From assembly GCF_054482595.1 (NCBI RefSeq), contig NZ_CM137008.1: 64,000 nt of DNA; one strand, 5' to 3'. The notes beneath the pieces were generated by a model. That model made no database searches, was not told the DNA's origin, and worked only from the letters and a program-made list of their open reading frames with translations. Below are positions 38,382 through 52,279 of this stretch, piece after piece; the first letter of the stretch is position 1; each line of letters begins with the position of its first letter. The position numbers were made by a program, and so were the translations under genes.

Positions 38382-38884
38382 TGCATAACCTACGAACATT
38401 AAGGAGTAATTGAACCACCAACTCAGGATCTCATACGAAAACCAGTATTAACCACGTATAAAATTCATAAAAAATACTGATTGTTAGTTAATTTATATTA
38501 AGTAGCGCTAATAGATTTAATAATCCATAATCATTTAGAGGCTATTCTTAATTATTTGCGGTAATTCTTTATTCATTCCTCGGTTATTACGTCATATTCA
38601 GAGCAATCCTGGTATTAGTGTCACCAATTTCATCTGGCGATAATCCTGAAATGTTATGAACAGTTCGAGCAAACTGCTTTTACCTGCTGCGGGTTAGTGC
38701 TAGTATGAAAAAGTGAGTCCTGTCCCGATTCCTTCCTAATTGTAATTTTTCGTAATAATGCGATGAAAACCTGCAAAGAGTGGCTTATAGTTAAGCTAAC
38801 AAACGAGAGGGCAAGTCCAGGTCAGTAAGTTTTTTCCATCCCGAAAGGTGTCCGTTAGTTCAACCGCTAAGAAGGGGACGCGTT

Positions 38885-39259
38885 ATGGATGAATACTCAC
38901 CCAAAAGACATGATATCGCACAGCTTAAGTTTCTCTGTGAAACCCTGTATCATGACTGTCTTGCAAACCTTGAAGAAAGCAATCATGGCTGGGTTAACGA
39001 CCCAACCTCGGCGATCAACCTCCAGTTGAATGAACTGATTGAGCATATTGCGACCTTCGCACTTAATTACAAAATTAAGTATAATGAAGACAATAAGCTC
39101 ATTGAGCAGATCGACGAATATCTGGATGACACCTTTATGTTGTTCAGCAGTTATGGTATTAATATGCAGGATCTTCAGAAATGGCGGAAGTCAGGTAATC
39201 GACTATTCCGTTGTTTTGTCAATGCGACGAAAGAGAATCCTGCGAGTTTATCTTGTTAG
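38885..39259 (+). CDS. tomB: Hha toxicity modulator TomB (YbaJ)
   Basis: 124-aa ORF immediately upstream of hha. Confidence 0.9.
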
Positions 39260-39284
39260 AATTATTACAACCATGGGTAGAAGT

Positions 39285-39503
39285 ATGTCCGAAAAACCTT
39301 TAACGAAAACCGATTATTTAATGCGTTTACGTCGTTGCCAGACAATTGACACGCTGGAGCGTGTTATCGAGAAAAATAAATACGAATTATCAGATAATGA
39401 ACTGGCGGTATTTTACTCAGCCGCAGATCACCGCCTCGCCGAATTGACCATGAATAAACTATACGACAAGATCCCTTCCTCAGTATGGAAATTTATTCGC
39501 TAA
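39285..39503 (+). CDS. hha: Haemolysin expression modulator Hha (H-NS co-regulator)
   Basis: 72-aa product [72 protein letters not shown], found inside the longer track ORF 39039..39503. Confidence 0.93.
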
Positions 39504-39673
39504 TAAATAATTCGCTTTCGGAGCTATAACCGGCTGTTTATTAAGAATTTTATACTTTTCACCATGAAGACATACCCTATGTGATCTTTATCACACAGAT
39601 GTAATGGGAACGTTCTCTTCACTGACTTTTCGTCTTACTGTGTTGCCGCATTTTCAGCAACCGGAGGTCAGTA

Positions 39674-40225
39674 ATGAGCACAGAAAAAGAAAAGATGATT
39701 GCTGGTGAGTTGTATCGCTCGGCAGATGAGACGTTATCTCGCGATCGCCTGCGCGCTCGTCAGCTTATTCACCGATACAATCATTCCCTGGCGGAAGAGC
39801 ACACATTACGCCAGCAAATTCTCGCTGATCTATTCGGTCAGGTGACAGAGGCTTATATTGAGCCAACGTTTCGCTGTGACTATGGCTATAACATTTTTCT
39901 CGGTAATAATTTTTTCGCCAACTTCGATTGCGTGATGCTTGATGTCTGCCCTATTCGCATCGGTGATAACTGTATGTTGGCACCAGGCGTTCATATCTAC
40001 ACGGCAACACATCCCATCGACCCTGTAGCACGTAATAGCGGTGCTGAACTGGGGAAACCCGTCACCATCGGTAATAACGTCTGGATTGGCGGACGCGCGG
40101 TCATTAACCCTGGTGTGACCATTGGTGATAACGTCGTGGTAGCCTCAGGTGCAGTTGTCACAAAAGATGTCCCGGACAACGTTGTCGTGGGCGGTAATCC
40201 AGCCAGAATAATTAAAAAATTGTAA
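39674..40225 (+). CDS. maa: Maltose O-acetyltransferase (hexapeptide-repeat family)
   Basis: 183-aa ORF with left-handed beta-helix hexapeptide repeats ([26 protein letters not shown]). Confidence 0.93.
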
Positions 40226-40340
40226 TCGGTTTTTCGCAACTGTTATGCAAAATTGTGGTAGATCTGTTACTTCCCCTCTACTATTCCCACGTTAAAATAG
40301 GGTGTTCCCTGGAAAGTTGCAGATACCACGAAGGCAAACG

Positions 40341-40811
40341 ATGACCGAAATACAACGCCTGCTGACCGAAACGATTGAGTCTCTGAATACCCGCGAAAAA
40401 CGCGACAACAAACCCCGCTTTAGTATCAGTTTTATCCGTAAACATCCGGGGCTGTTTATCGGTATGTACGTTGCTTTTTTTGCCACCCTGGCGGTGATGT
40501 TGCAGTCCGAAACGCTGTCAGGCTCTGTCTGGCTACTGGTTGTATTATTTATCCTGCTTAATGGTTTCTTCTTTTTCGATGTCTACCCACGCTACCGCTA
40601 TGAAGATATCGACGTGCTGGATTTCCGCGTTTGCTATAACGGCGAATGGTACAACACGCGCTTTGTACCTGCCGCGCTGGTTGAAGCCATCTTGAACTCT
40701 CCGCGTGTCGCGGATGTTCATAAGGAACAACTGCAAAAAATGATCGTCCGTAAAGGTGAACTGTCTTTTTACGATATTTTTACCCTCGCTCGCGCCGAAT
40801 CAACATCTTAA
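40341..40811 (+). CDS. ylaC: Inner membrane protein YlaC
   Basis: Start trimmed to [13 protein letters not shown] (156 aa); two predicted TM helices. Confidence 0.85.
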
Positions 40812-40968
40812 GTTAGGGTTACATACCAGGCGTAAAGCTCTGCGCCTGGTCAAATGACAATGATCGTTTCCACCCATCACTTCATGAAATACCAGCTCTA
40901 CCTCCTTATCTCCTGCCAGCCTTTTTCCACAATCAGATATACTTTCCCTACACTGTGTTAATAAGGAT

Positions 40969-42525
40969 ATGCTGGTGAGAACACGACATCTGGTCGGCCT
41001 TATTTCGGGAGTACTGATTCTTTCAGTATTGCTGCCTGTCGGCTTAAGCATCTGGCTGGCCCATCAGCAGGTAGAAACATCGTTTATTGAAGAGCTGGAT
41101 ACCTATTCCTCCCGCGTCGCTATTCGGGCCAATAAGGTGGCGACACAAGGGAAAGATGCGCTGCAAGAGCTGGAAAGATGGCAAGGCGCTGCCTGTAGCG
41201 AAGCCCATCTCATGGAAATGCGTCGGGTATCTTACAGTTATCGCTATATTCAGGAAGTGGTTTATATCGATAACAACGTTCCCCAGTGTTCGTCTCTGGA
41301 GCATGAAAGTCCGCCCGATACCTTCCCCGAGCCAGGTAAAATTTCGAAAGATGGTTATCGTGTCTGGTTAACATCGCATAACGATTTAGGCATTATCCGT
41401 TACATGGTCGCCATGGGAACGGCACATTATGTCGTCATGATCGACCCCGCTTCCTTTATTGATGTCATTCCCTATAGCTCATGGCAAATTGATGCCGCCA
41501 TTATTGGCAATGCCCATAACGTTGTCATAACCAGCAGCGATGAAATTGCTCAGGGAATTATTACCAGGCTACAAAAAACACCCGGTGAGCATATCGAAAA
41601 TAATGGAATCATTTACGATATCCTGCCCTTCCCGGAGATGAATATTTCGATCATCACCTGGGCTTCAACGAAAATGTTGCAGAAAGGCTGGCATCGGCAA
41701 GTCTTTATTTGGTTACCGCTCGGGTTGGTGATTGGCCTGCTGGCAGCGATGTTTGTGCTGCGTATTTTGCGCCGTATCCAGTCACCGCATCATCGGCTGC
41801 AGGATGCTATCGAAAATCGTGATATTTGCGTGCACTATCAGCCGATTGTCTCCTTAGCCAATGGCAAAATTGTCGGTGCTGAGGCACTGGCGCGCTGGCC
41901 GCAGACAGACGGTAGTTGGTTGTCACCAGATAGTTTTATTCCGCTGGCACAGCAAACGGGCCTTTCTGAGCCATTGACGCTACTGATTATAAGAAGCGTC
42001 TTTGAAGATATGGGCGACTGGCTGCGTCAGCATCCACAGCAGCATATTTCGATCAATCTTGAATCCACCGTGCTCACCTCGGAAAAAATCCCGCAATTGC
42101 TGCGTGAAATGATCAATCACTATCAGGTTAATCCCAGACAGATCGCGCTTGAACTCACTGAACGCGAGTTTGCCGATCCGAAAACCAGCGCCCCGATAAT
42201 TTCTCGCTACCGGGAGGCGGGCCATGAAATTTATCTTGATGATTTTGGTACGGGATATTCAAGTTTAAGTTATTTACAGGATCTGGATGTCGACATTCTG
42301 AAGATCGATAAATCTTTCGTTGATGCGCTGGAATATAAAAATGTCACGCCGCATATCATCGAAATGGCAAAAACACTGAAACTGAAAATGGTAGCGGAGG
42401 GAATCGAAACCAGTAAACAAGAAGAGTGGCTACGCCAGCATGGCGTGCACTACGGTCAGGGCTGGCTCTACAGCAAGGCATTACCGAAAGAAGATTTCTT
42501 ACGCTGGGCCGAGCAACATTTGTGA
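40969..42525 (+). CDS. pdeB: c-di-GMP phosphodiesterase PdeB (YlaB): CSS-motif sensor domain plus EAL domain
   Basis: 518-aa ORF; N-terminal TM/periplasmic region with Cys pair, C-terminal EAL motif (GAEALARW). Exact start uncertain by a few codons. Confidence 0.9.
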   Translation: MLVRTRHLVGLISGVLILSVLLPVGLSIWLAHQQVETSFIEELDTYSSRVAIRANKVATQGKDALQELERWQGAACSEAHLMEMRRVSYSYRYIQEVVYIDNNVPQCSSLEHESPPDTFPEPGKISKDGYRVWLTSHNDLGIIRYMVAMGTAHYVVMIDPASFIDVIPYSSWQIDAAIIGNAHNVVITSSDEIAQGIITRLQKTPGEHIENNGIIYDILPFPEMNISIITWASTKMLQKGWHRQVFIWLPLGLVIGLLAAMFVLRILRRIQSPHHRLQDAIENRDICVHYQPIVSLANGKIVGAEALARWPQTDGSWLSPDSFIPLAQQTGLSEPLTLLIIRSVFEDMGDWLRQHPQQHISINLESTVLTSEKIPQLLREMINHYQVNPRQIALELTEREFADPKTSAPIISRYREAGHEIYLDDFGTGYSSLSYLQDLDVDILKIDKSFVDALEYKNVTPHIIEMAKTLKLKMVAEGIETSKQEEWLRQHGVHYGQGWLYSKALPKEDFLRWAEQHL

Positions 42526-42566
42526 ATTTTTGGGCTGACGGCACGCCGCACAGCCCGTCACGCTAC

Positions 42567-42920
42567 CTATTCGTCGATGATTGACTCGAATCCGCCATAG
42601 ATCATTCGCTTGCCGTCAAACGGCATGGACTCGCCGAACTCTTTCATCCGTGGGTCCGACATCATCTTTTGATTAGCAGCGTCGCGGACCTCTTTTGAAG
42701 GGTATTCAATCCAGCTAAAGACAACCTCTTCATTCTCTTCCGCTTTCACCGCCATACGAAAATCGGTCACTTTGCCATCCGGTACATCGCTGGCCCAGCA
42801 TTCGACAATACGAAGCGCGCCAAACTCTTTAAACAATGGCGCAGCCTTAGCGGCCATTTCCCGATAGGCATCCTTTTTATCGGCAGGAACGGCAACCACA
42901 AAACCATCAACATACTTCAT
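42567..42920 (-). CDS. ybaA: DUF1428-family protein YbaA
   Basis: 117-aa ORF convergent with pdeB. Confidence 0.85.
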   Translation of the reverse strand: MKYVDGFVVAVPADKKDAYREMAAKAAPLFKEFGALRIVECWASDVPDGKVTDFRMAVKAEENEEVVFSWIEYPSKEVRDAANQKMMSDPRMKEFGESMPFDGKRMIYGGFESIIDE

Positions 42921-43030
42921 CAGACATACCTCCGAAGCGTACTGCGCAGCCAGACAATTCTTGCGACGTCAGTTGTGGTTAAAGTTTAGCCATGTTGGTT
43001 TTTTTTGACGAAACGGTGGGAGGCAGAAAT

Positions 43031-43144
43031 GGGTGGGGGCCCTGCCAGCTACATCCCGGCACACGCGTCATCTGCCTTGGCTGCTTCCTTCCGGACCTGA
43101 CCTGGTAAACAGAGTAGCGTTGCGGGAGAACCAACAGAGCCCCC
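43031..43144 (-). ncRNA. ffs: 4.5S RNA (signal recognition particle RNA)
   Basis: Minus strand reads GGGGGCUCUGUUGGUUCUCCCGCAACGCUACUCUGUUUACCAGGUCAGGUCCGGAAGGAAGCAGCCAAGGCAGAUGACGCGUGUGCCGGGAUGUAGCUGGCAGGGCCCCCACCC; ends +/-1 nt. Confidence 0.95.
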
Positions 43145-43220
43145 ATTGAGAGCGTTGAGAACCAACGCGCAGGCGCATTATCACTGCTGCCCCGGCTAAT
43201 TGCAACCCATCGCGTGCCAG

Positions 43221-43610
43221 ATGCTGGTTTCTTGCGCAATGCGACTTCACTCGGGCGTTTTTCCAGATTATGCTGAAAAATTACCTCAGGAAGAAAAGAT
43301 GGAAAAAGAAGATTCATTTCCCCAACGCGTCTGGCAAATCGTCGCCGCTATTCCCGAAGGCTATGTCACCACTTACGGTGATGTGGCGAAACTGGCGGGA
43401 TCGCCCCGCGCCGCGCGCCAGGTGGGCGGTGTGTTAAAGCGTCTCCCTGAAGGCAGCACCTTACCCTGGCACCGGGTGGTTAATCGCCACGGCACAATTT
43501 CGCTAACCGGACCGGATTTACAGCGTCAGCGACAGGCATTACTGGCAGAAGGTGTGATGGTATCGGGAAGCGGGCAAATCGACTTGCAGCGTTATCGCTG
43601 GAACTACTAA
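43221..43610 (+). CDS. atl: Alkyltransferase-like DNA-binding protein Atl (YbaZ)
   Basis: Ada/Ogt-like DNA-binding domain (PWHRVVNRHG) lacking the catalytic Cys context; start trimmed to MLVSCAMRL (129 aa), approximate. Confidence 0.82.
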   Translation: MLVSCAMRLHSGVFPDYAEKLPQEEKMEKEDSFPQRVWQIVAAIPEGYVTTYGDVAKLAGSPRAARQVGGVLKRLPEGSTLPWHRVVNRHGTISLTGPDLQRQRQALLAEGVMVSGSGQIDLQRYRWNY

Positions 43611-43630
43611 CCCTCTCCGGGCGGAGAGGG
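43611..43630. terminator. Hairpin between convergent atl and ybaY
   Basis: ccctctccg-ggcg-gagaggg dyad directly between the two stops; no flanking U-tract. Confidence 0.45.
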
Positions 43631-43640
43631 TTAACGTCGC

Positions 43641-44213
43641 TTAATATTGCGTAGGAGCTGGAACTGCCGAAGACGGATTCACCTGAGTTGGTGAAGTCGA
43701 AGGTACGGTAGTCGTTGCACCACCGCTGGCCTGAACCGGCACGGCGGTTTGCTGCACCGGCACCAATGTCAGGTCGGCTTTAGTTCCGCCCTTGTTGATC
43801 ACCGGCTGAACGGTATCGGTAATAAATACCAGTTTGTCATTCACGGTAATCGCCGCACTCAACAGAATACGCGCGTTCGGCTGAACATCTGCCGGATTAA
43901 ATGGCAGAACAAAGCTGAATGGTGACTGTTTACCTTCGGTACGCACCGCTTTCTGCGCCAGCACTTTTGACGGTGCATCGGCTAACGACGCGTCAGAAAG
44001 TGTCACGGTCAGCACAGCATCAGGCGGCAGTGCGACTTTCTGCCGGATCCAGACGGTACCGGAGACATTCGGTTGCTGGATAGCAGGTTGTTGTGTTGCT
44101 GAAATAGACGTATTTGCAGCCGGGGCTGGCGTCTGAATATCCGCGCTTTTATCTGCGCAAGCCGCCAACGCAATCGCAACCGCTAAACCACTGGCCATGT
44201 GCACGAGTTTCAT
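43641..44213 (-). CDS. ybaY: Outer-membrane lipoprotein YbaY
   Basis: 190-aa ORF; lipoprotein signal with lipobox LAAC; Thr/Pro/Gln-rich. Confidence 0.88.
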   Translation of the reverse strand: MKLVHMASGLAVAIALAACADKSADIQTPAPAANTSISATQQPAIQQPNVSGTVWIRQKVALPPDAVLTVTLSDASLADAPSKVLAQKAVRTEGKQSPFSFVLPFNPADVQPNARILLSAAITVNDKLVFITDTVQPVINKGGTKADLTLVPVQQTAVPVQASGGATTTVPSTSPTQVNPSSAVPAPTQY

Positions 44214-44430
44214 TCATTTCTCCTTATTATCAATGCACCAGCGGGCTAACTTTCCTCGCCGGAAGAGTGGTTAACAAAATAGTAACGTCAATAAGTGTGG
44301 CACACATCACGCATTTCTGCCTGTAATTAGCCCGTAATTCAGATTATTGCACCCATCGGACCAGTGGCAAATTTGCGTTATACTCAACTCACTTTGGCTT
44401 GCTGCGGCAGCTTTGTTACTGGAGAGTTAT

Positions 44431-45291
44431 ATGAGTCAGGCGCTCAAAAATTTACTGACATTGTTAAATCTGGAAAAAATTGAGGAAGGACTCTTTCGCG
44501 GCCAGAGTGAAGATTTAGGTTTACGCCAGGTGTTTGGCGGCCAGGTCGTGGGTCAGGCCTTGTATGCTGCAAAAGAGACCGTCCCGGAAGAGCGGCTGGT
44601 ACATTCGTTTCACAGCTACTTTCTTCGCCCAGGCGATAGTAAGAAACCGATTATTTATGATGTCGAAACGCTGCGTGACGGTAACAGCTTCAGCGCCCGC
44701 CGGGTTGCTGCTATTCAAAACGGCAAACCGATTTTTTATATGACGGCCTCTTTCCAGGCACCAGAAGCGGGTTTCGAACATCAAAAAACAATGCCGTCCG
44801 CGCCAGCGCCTGATGGCCTGCCTTCGGAAACGCAAATCGCCCAATCGCTGGCGCACCTGCTGCCGCCAGTGCTTAAAGATAAATTCATCTGCGATCGTCC
44901 GCTGGAAGTCCGTCCGGTGGAGTTTCATAACCCACTGAAAGGTCACGTCGCAGAACCACATCGTCAGGTGTGGATCCGCGCAAATGGTAGCGTGCCGGAT
45001 GACCTGCGCGTTCATCAGTATCTGCTCGGTTACGCTTCTGATCTTAACTTCCTGCCGGTAGCTCTACAGCCGCACGGCATCGGTTTTCTCGAACCGGGGA
45101 TTCAGATTGCCACCATTGACCATTCCATGTGGTTCCATCGCCCGTTTAATTTGAATGAATGGCTGCTGTATAGCGTGGAGAGCACCTCGGCGTCCAGCGC
45201 ACGTGGCTTTGTGCGCGGTGAGTTTTATACCCAGGACGGCGTACTGGTTGCCTCGACCGTTCAGGAAGGGGTGATGCGTAATCACAATTAA
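44431..45291 (+). CDS. tesB: Acyl-CoA thioesterase II
   Basis: Start trimmed to [20 protein letters not shown] (286 aa); double hot-dog fold family. Confidence 0.94.
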
Positions 45292-45295
45292 AAAA

Positions 45296-45330
45296 ATAGC
45301 CGGAGGTGAAAACCGTCCGGCTGTTTTTTG
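45296..45330. terminator. Bidirectional terminator between tesB and amtB
   Basis: aaaaaaat-agccggaggtg-aaaa-ccgtccggct-gttttttg: hairpin flanked by A-tract and T-tract. Confidence 0.8.
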
Positions 45331-45339
45331 CAGTGCTTG

Positions 45340-46626
45340 TTACGCGTTATAGGCATTCTCGCCGTGACTGTTGACATCCAGCCCTTCTCGCTCCTGCTCT
45401 TCCGGTACACGCAGACCAACCGTCAGATCCGCCAGTTTGTAGCCAATAAATGCCACCACACCGGACCAGACGATCGTAATGGCGATGCTTTCCAGCTGTA
45501 CCAGCAACTGATGGCCCATCGTCACGCCTTCAGCGAAGCCCACGCCACCCAGCGAACTGGCGGCAAAAATCCCAGTCATGATACAGCCGACAATGCCACA
45601 AACGCCGTGCACACCGAAGACATCGCAGGGATCATCCACCCGCAGCAAGCGTTTGAGCATAGTAACGCCCCACAAGCCCGCCAGACCAGCTACCACGCCG
45701 ATAATCAACGCGCCGCCAACCCCAATGTAGCCACACGCTGGCGTCACGCCGACCAGACCGGCAATCGCGCCAGAACACGCTCCCAGCAGAGAAGGCTTAC
45801 CACGCAGCGCCCATTCACCGAAGATCCAGCCAAGAATTGCCGCCGCCGTTGCGACCACAGTATTCACAAATGCCAGTGCCGCGATTTCATTCGCCGTGCC
45901 CGCTGACCCGGCGTTAAAGCCAAACCAACCAATATAGAGAATGGCAGTACCGGTGAAGACCATCGGCAGGTTGTGCGGTTTAAACGCCTCTTTACCGAAG
46001 CCCACGCGTTTTCCTATCAGATACGCGCCCACCAGACCGGCGATTGCGGCGTTAATGTGCACCACTGTGCCACCCGCGAAATCCAGCGCACCGTGAGAAG
46101 CCAGCAAACCACCGCCCCAGACCATATGCGCAATTGGAATGTAAGAGAGCGTCAGCCATACCACCACGAAAATCAACACAGCTGAGAAGCGGATTCGTTC
46201 CGCCAGCGCCCCAACTATCAAGCCTACGGTAATGCAGGCAAACGATCCCTGAAACGCTACGTGGATATACTGATAAATGCTGCCCATCACCGCCGTCAGT
46301 TCGATGTTTTTCAGCATCAGCCAGTTAATGTTGCCGAAGAAGTTGTTGCCCTCACCAAACGCCAGCGAGTAACCGTAAACCACCCAGAGAATACAGACCA
46401 GTGCGAATGTCACCGTCACCTGCGTCAGCATCGACAGAACGTTTTTGCCGCGAATCAACCCACCGTAAAACAGGGCAATCCCCGGAATAGTCATAAACAG
46501 CACCAGAGCAGTACAAATCATCATAAACGCATTGTCGGCTTTATCGGCCACCGCAGGTGCAGCCATTACCAGTCCCGGCAGCATCGCCAGTGAAGCAAGC
46601 CCAGTTTTTATCGTCGCTATCTTCAT
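45340..46626 (-). CDS. amtB: Ammonium transporter AmtB
   Basis: 428-aa ORF with signal peptide and 11-TM Amt/MEP architecture; downstream of glnK. Confidence 0.96.
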   Translation of the reverse strand: MKIATIKTGLASLAMLPGLVMAAPAVADKADNAFMMICTALVLFMTIPGIALFYGGLIRGKNVLSMLTQVTVTFALVCILWVVYGYSLAFGEGNNFFGNINWLMLKNIELTAVMGSIYQYIHVAFQGSFACITVGLIVGALAERIRFSAVLIFVVVWLTLSYIPIAHMVWGGGLLASHGALDFAGGTVVHINAAIAGLVGAYLIGKRVGFGKEAFKPHNLPMVFTGTAILYIGWFGFNAGSAGTANEIAALAFVNTVVATAAAILGWIFGEWALRGKPSLLGACSGAIAGLVGVTPACGYIGVGGALIIGVVAGLAGLWGVTMLKRLLRVDDPCDVFGVHGVCGIVGCIMTGIFAASSLGGVGFAEGVTMGHQLLVQLESIAITIVWSGVVAFIGYKLADLTVGLRVPEEQEREGLDVNSHGENAYNA

Positions 46627-46655
46627 TTTTCGTTCCTGTTGCTGTGTGCCAGAGA

Positions 46656-46994
46656 TTACAGCGCCGCTTCGTCGGCTTCGCCGGTACGAATACGAATGAC
46701 GCGTTGCAATTCAGCGACGAAGATTTTGCCGTCGCCAATTTTTCCGGTGTAAGCCGCCTTACTGACGATATCGATCACTTCATCGAGTTGGTCATCAGCA
46801 ATTGCCACATCAATTTTTACTTTTGGCAGGAAGTTGACGCTGTATTCCGCCCCCCGGTACAGCTCGGCATGCCCTTTCTGACGCCCGAAACCTTTCACTT
46901 CGGTGACGGTCAGGCCCTGAATACCAATGGAAGATAACGCTTCACGAACGTCTTCCAGCTTGAATGGTTTGATTATCACGGTCACCAGCTTCAT
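46656..46994 (-). CDS. glnK: Nitrogen regulatory protein PII-2 (GlnK)
   Basis: Start trimmed to MKLVTVIIKPFKLEDVREAL (112 aa); T-loop with Tyr51 (RGAEYSV). Confidence 0.95.
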   Translation of the reverse strand: MKLVTVIIKPFKLEDVREALSSIGIQGLTVTEVKGFGRQKGHAELYRGAEYSVNFLPKVKIDVAIADDQLDEVIDIVSKAAYTGKIGDGKIFVAELQRVIRIRTGEADEAAL

Positions 46995-47046
46995 AGATCC
47001 CCTCCGGTCAGAATTCGGTAATGGTTCTGCTACACGAAGAAGGTAT

Positions 47047-47062
47047 TGCAAGCGGTGTGCCA
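47047..47062 (-). promoter_or_regulatory. Sigma-54 (-24/-12) promoter of glnK-amtB
   Basis: Minus strand reads CTGGCACACCGCTTGCA (TGGCAC-N5-TTGCA), about 50 nt upstream of glnK ATG. Confidence 0.85.
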
Positions 47063-47174
47063 GAAATGAAAAACGAGAAAGAGAGCAGGAAGTTAAGAAG
47101 ATTGAAAATGAAAACGCACTATGACAGTGCACAGTGCGTTACATTTTTGCACCAACGATGAAATATTGCGCTAT

Positions 47175-50721
<3,547 letters not shown>

Positions 50722-50750
50722 GCGTTGTGTCCTGACCTGATTCTGGATAT

Positions 50751-51209
50751 TTATTCGATGGGTAAAGAAGTGGTGTATTTAATCTGTTCCATCGCGAAGC
50801 TGGAAGTGACGTCCGACAGCCCCGGCACGCTGTTTACCAGACGCTTATAAAACTCGTCGTAGCGTTTCATGTCGGCAACCTGGACGCGCATCAGATAATC
50901 GTATTCACCAGCCATGCGCCAGAACCCCAGCACTTCTGGCATTTCGGTAACCACCGTGACAAAGCGGCAATACCATTCGCTGCTGTGATGTTGCGTTTTT
51001 ATCAGCACAAAGGCGGTCAGGCCGAGGCCTATTTTTTCCGGATCCAGCAGGGCGACTTTGCCGATAAGGATACCGTCGTCCTCCAGCCGTTTCAGGCGCT
51101 TCCAGCAGGGGGTGGTTGTCAGATTAACGGCTTCAGCCAGTGCCTGCAAAGAGAGGGTGCAATCCTGCTGTAGTAAGGCCAGCAGCTTACGGTCAATTTT
51201 ATCTAACAT
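50751..51209 (-). CDS. decR: Lrp/AsnC-family transcriptional regulator DecR (YbaO)
   Basis: ORF-track start trimmed by 76 codons to [16 protein letters not shown] (152 aa): Lrp-type HTH plus RAM domain. Confidence 0.88.
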
Positions 51210-51361
51210 AGCCCTTCCACAGAGAATTTTTTTCTCTTTTAATTCTATTTTAAAGGTGAAATCGCGACAATTTATTCTGTGCGGTTTAAACACCATGGCA
51301 CAAAATGACAAACTCAACGCAAAAAAAACCGGGCAATTGCCCGGTGCTGGAAGGGATCTCG

Positions 51362-52180
51362 TTATTCGGGGGAATAAGGTAGATGTGGATAGTCCAACCA
51401 GTGCGTCAAATAGTGAGAGACAGCCTGATTTCGGCAATGTCCAATCACCGGTAAATGCGGGAGCTCCGCGCGCAGTTGCGGCATCGCATTGCCCATAATA
51501 AATCCGCTACCGACGCTGCCTAACATTTCGCGATCGTTCATCGCATCACCAAAGGCCATGCAATCGCGCAACGATAAACCTAAATGTTGGGTCAGCACCG
51601 TCAATGCAGCGCCTTTATTGCAGCCCACCGGCAGCACTTCGAGGCAATCCGTGGCGGAAAAACACAAATGTGCACGCTCGCCTAATGCTTCGTATAGCTG
51701 GATCTGCAAGCGTGTAAGATCGTCGTGATCGCCACAGAAGCAGATCTTGGTGACGCTGCCGAGTGGCATTTTTTTGACATCGATTATCTGATAACGAAAA
51801 CCGCTATAGACAAATGCCTGCAACAACGCAGGGATCTCTTTCCCGGTAAACCAACCGTCGTCATTGAAGATATGCATGCTGGCTCGGGTATCCCATTGCT
51901 GATACAGCACCAGCTCCGCGACATCCGCAGGTAAATCATCACGATGTAAAAGTTCACCTTCCAGAGAATGCACGCGCGTTCCGTTGCCGGTAATCAAATA
52001 TGCATCCAGCGATAGCGCCCCGAGAATATGCTGCATCTCCAGCGCATGACGCCCCGTGGCAAAAGTGAGGGTAATGTCGCGTTCACGCAGTCGCGCCAAA
52101 GTAGAGAGGGTTTTCTCACCTAAATGATGGTCAGGCATCAATAAAGTGCCATCCATATCAAATGCTGCCAGACGAGCCAT
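51362..52180 (-). CDS. cof: HAD-superfamily HMP-PP phosphatase Cof
   Basis: Start trimmed to [14 protein letters not shown] (HAD motif I DMDGT); 272 aa. Confidence 0.92.
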
Positions 52181-52279
52181 TTCTTTCTCCACTCTGTGAC
52201 ACGGTTAATGGTGATTGAGTATCACCTGATATATACGGAAGTAATAGTGAATAGTTAAATAATATTGTTCCGGGTTTAT

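Noticed and set aside
38401-38450. AAGGAG followed by TTG and a 13-codon frame in the tomB upstream region
   Set aside because: Too short, with a non-ATG start, and I have no conservation evidence; most likely a chance SD-like motif in AT-rich DNA. Left as part of the regulatory-region finding.
42979-43317. 112-aa and 60-aa ORFs (42979..43317 and 43068..43250, minus strand)
   Set aside because: They overlap the 4.5S RNA gene ffs, whose sequence is recognisable end to end; a GC-rich structured RNA gives spurious open frames.
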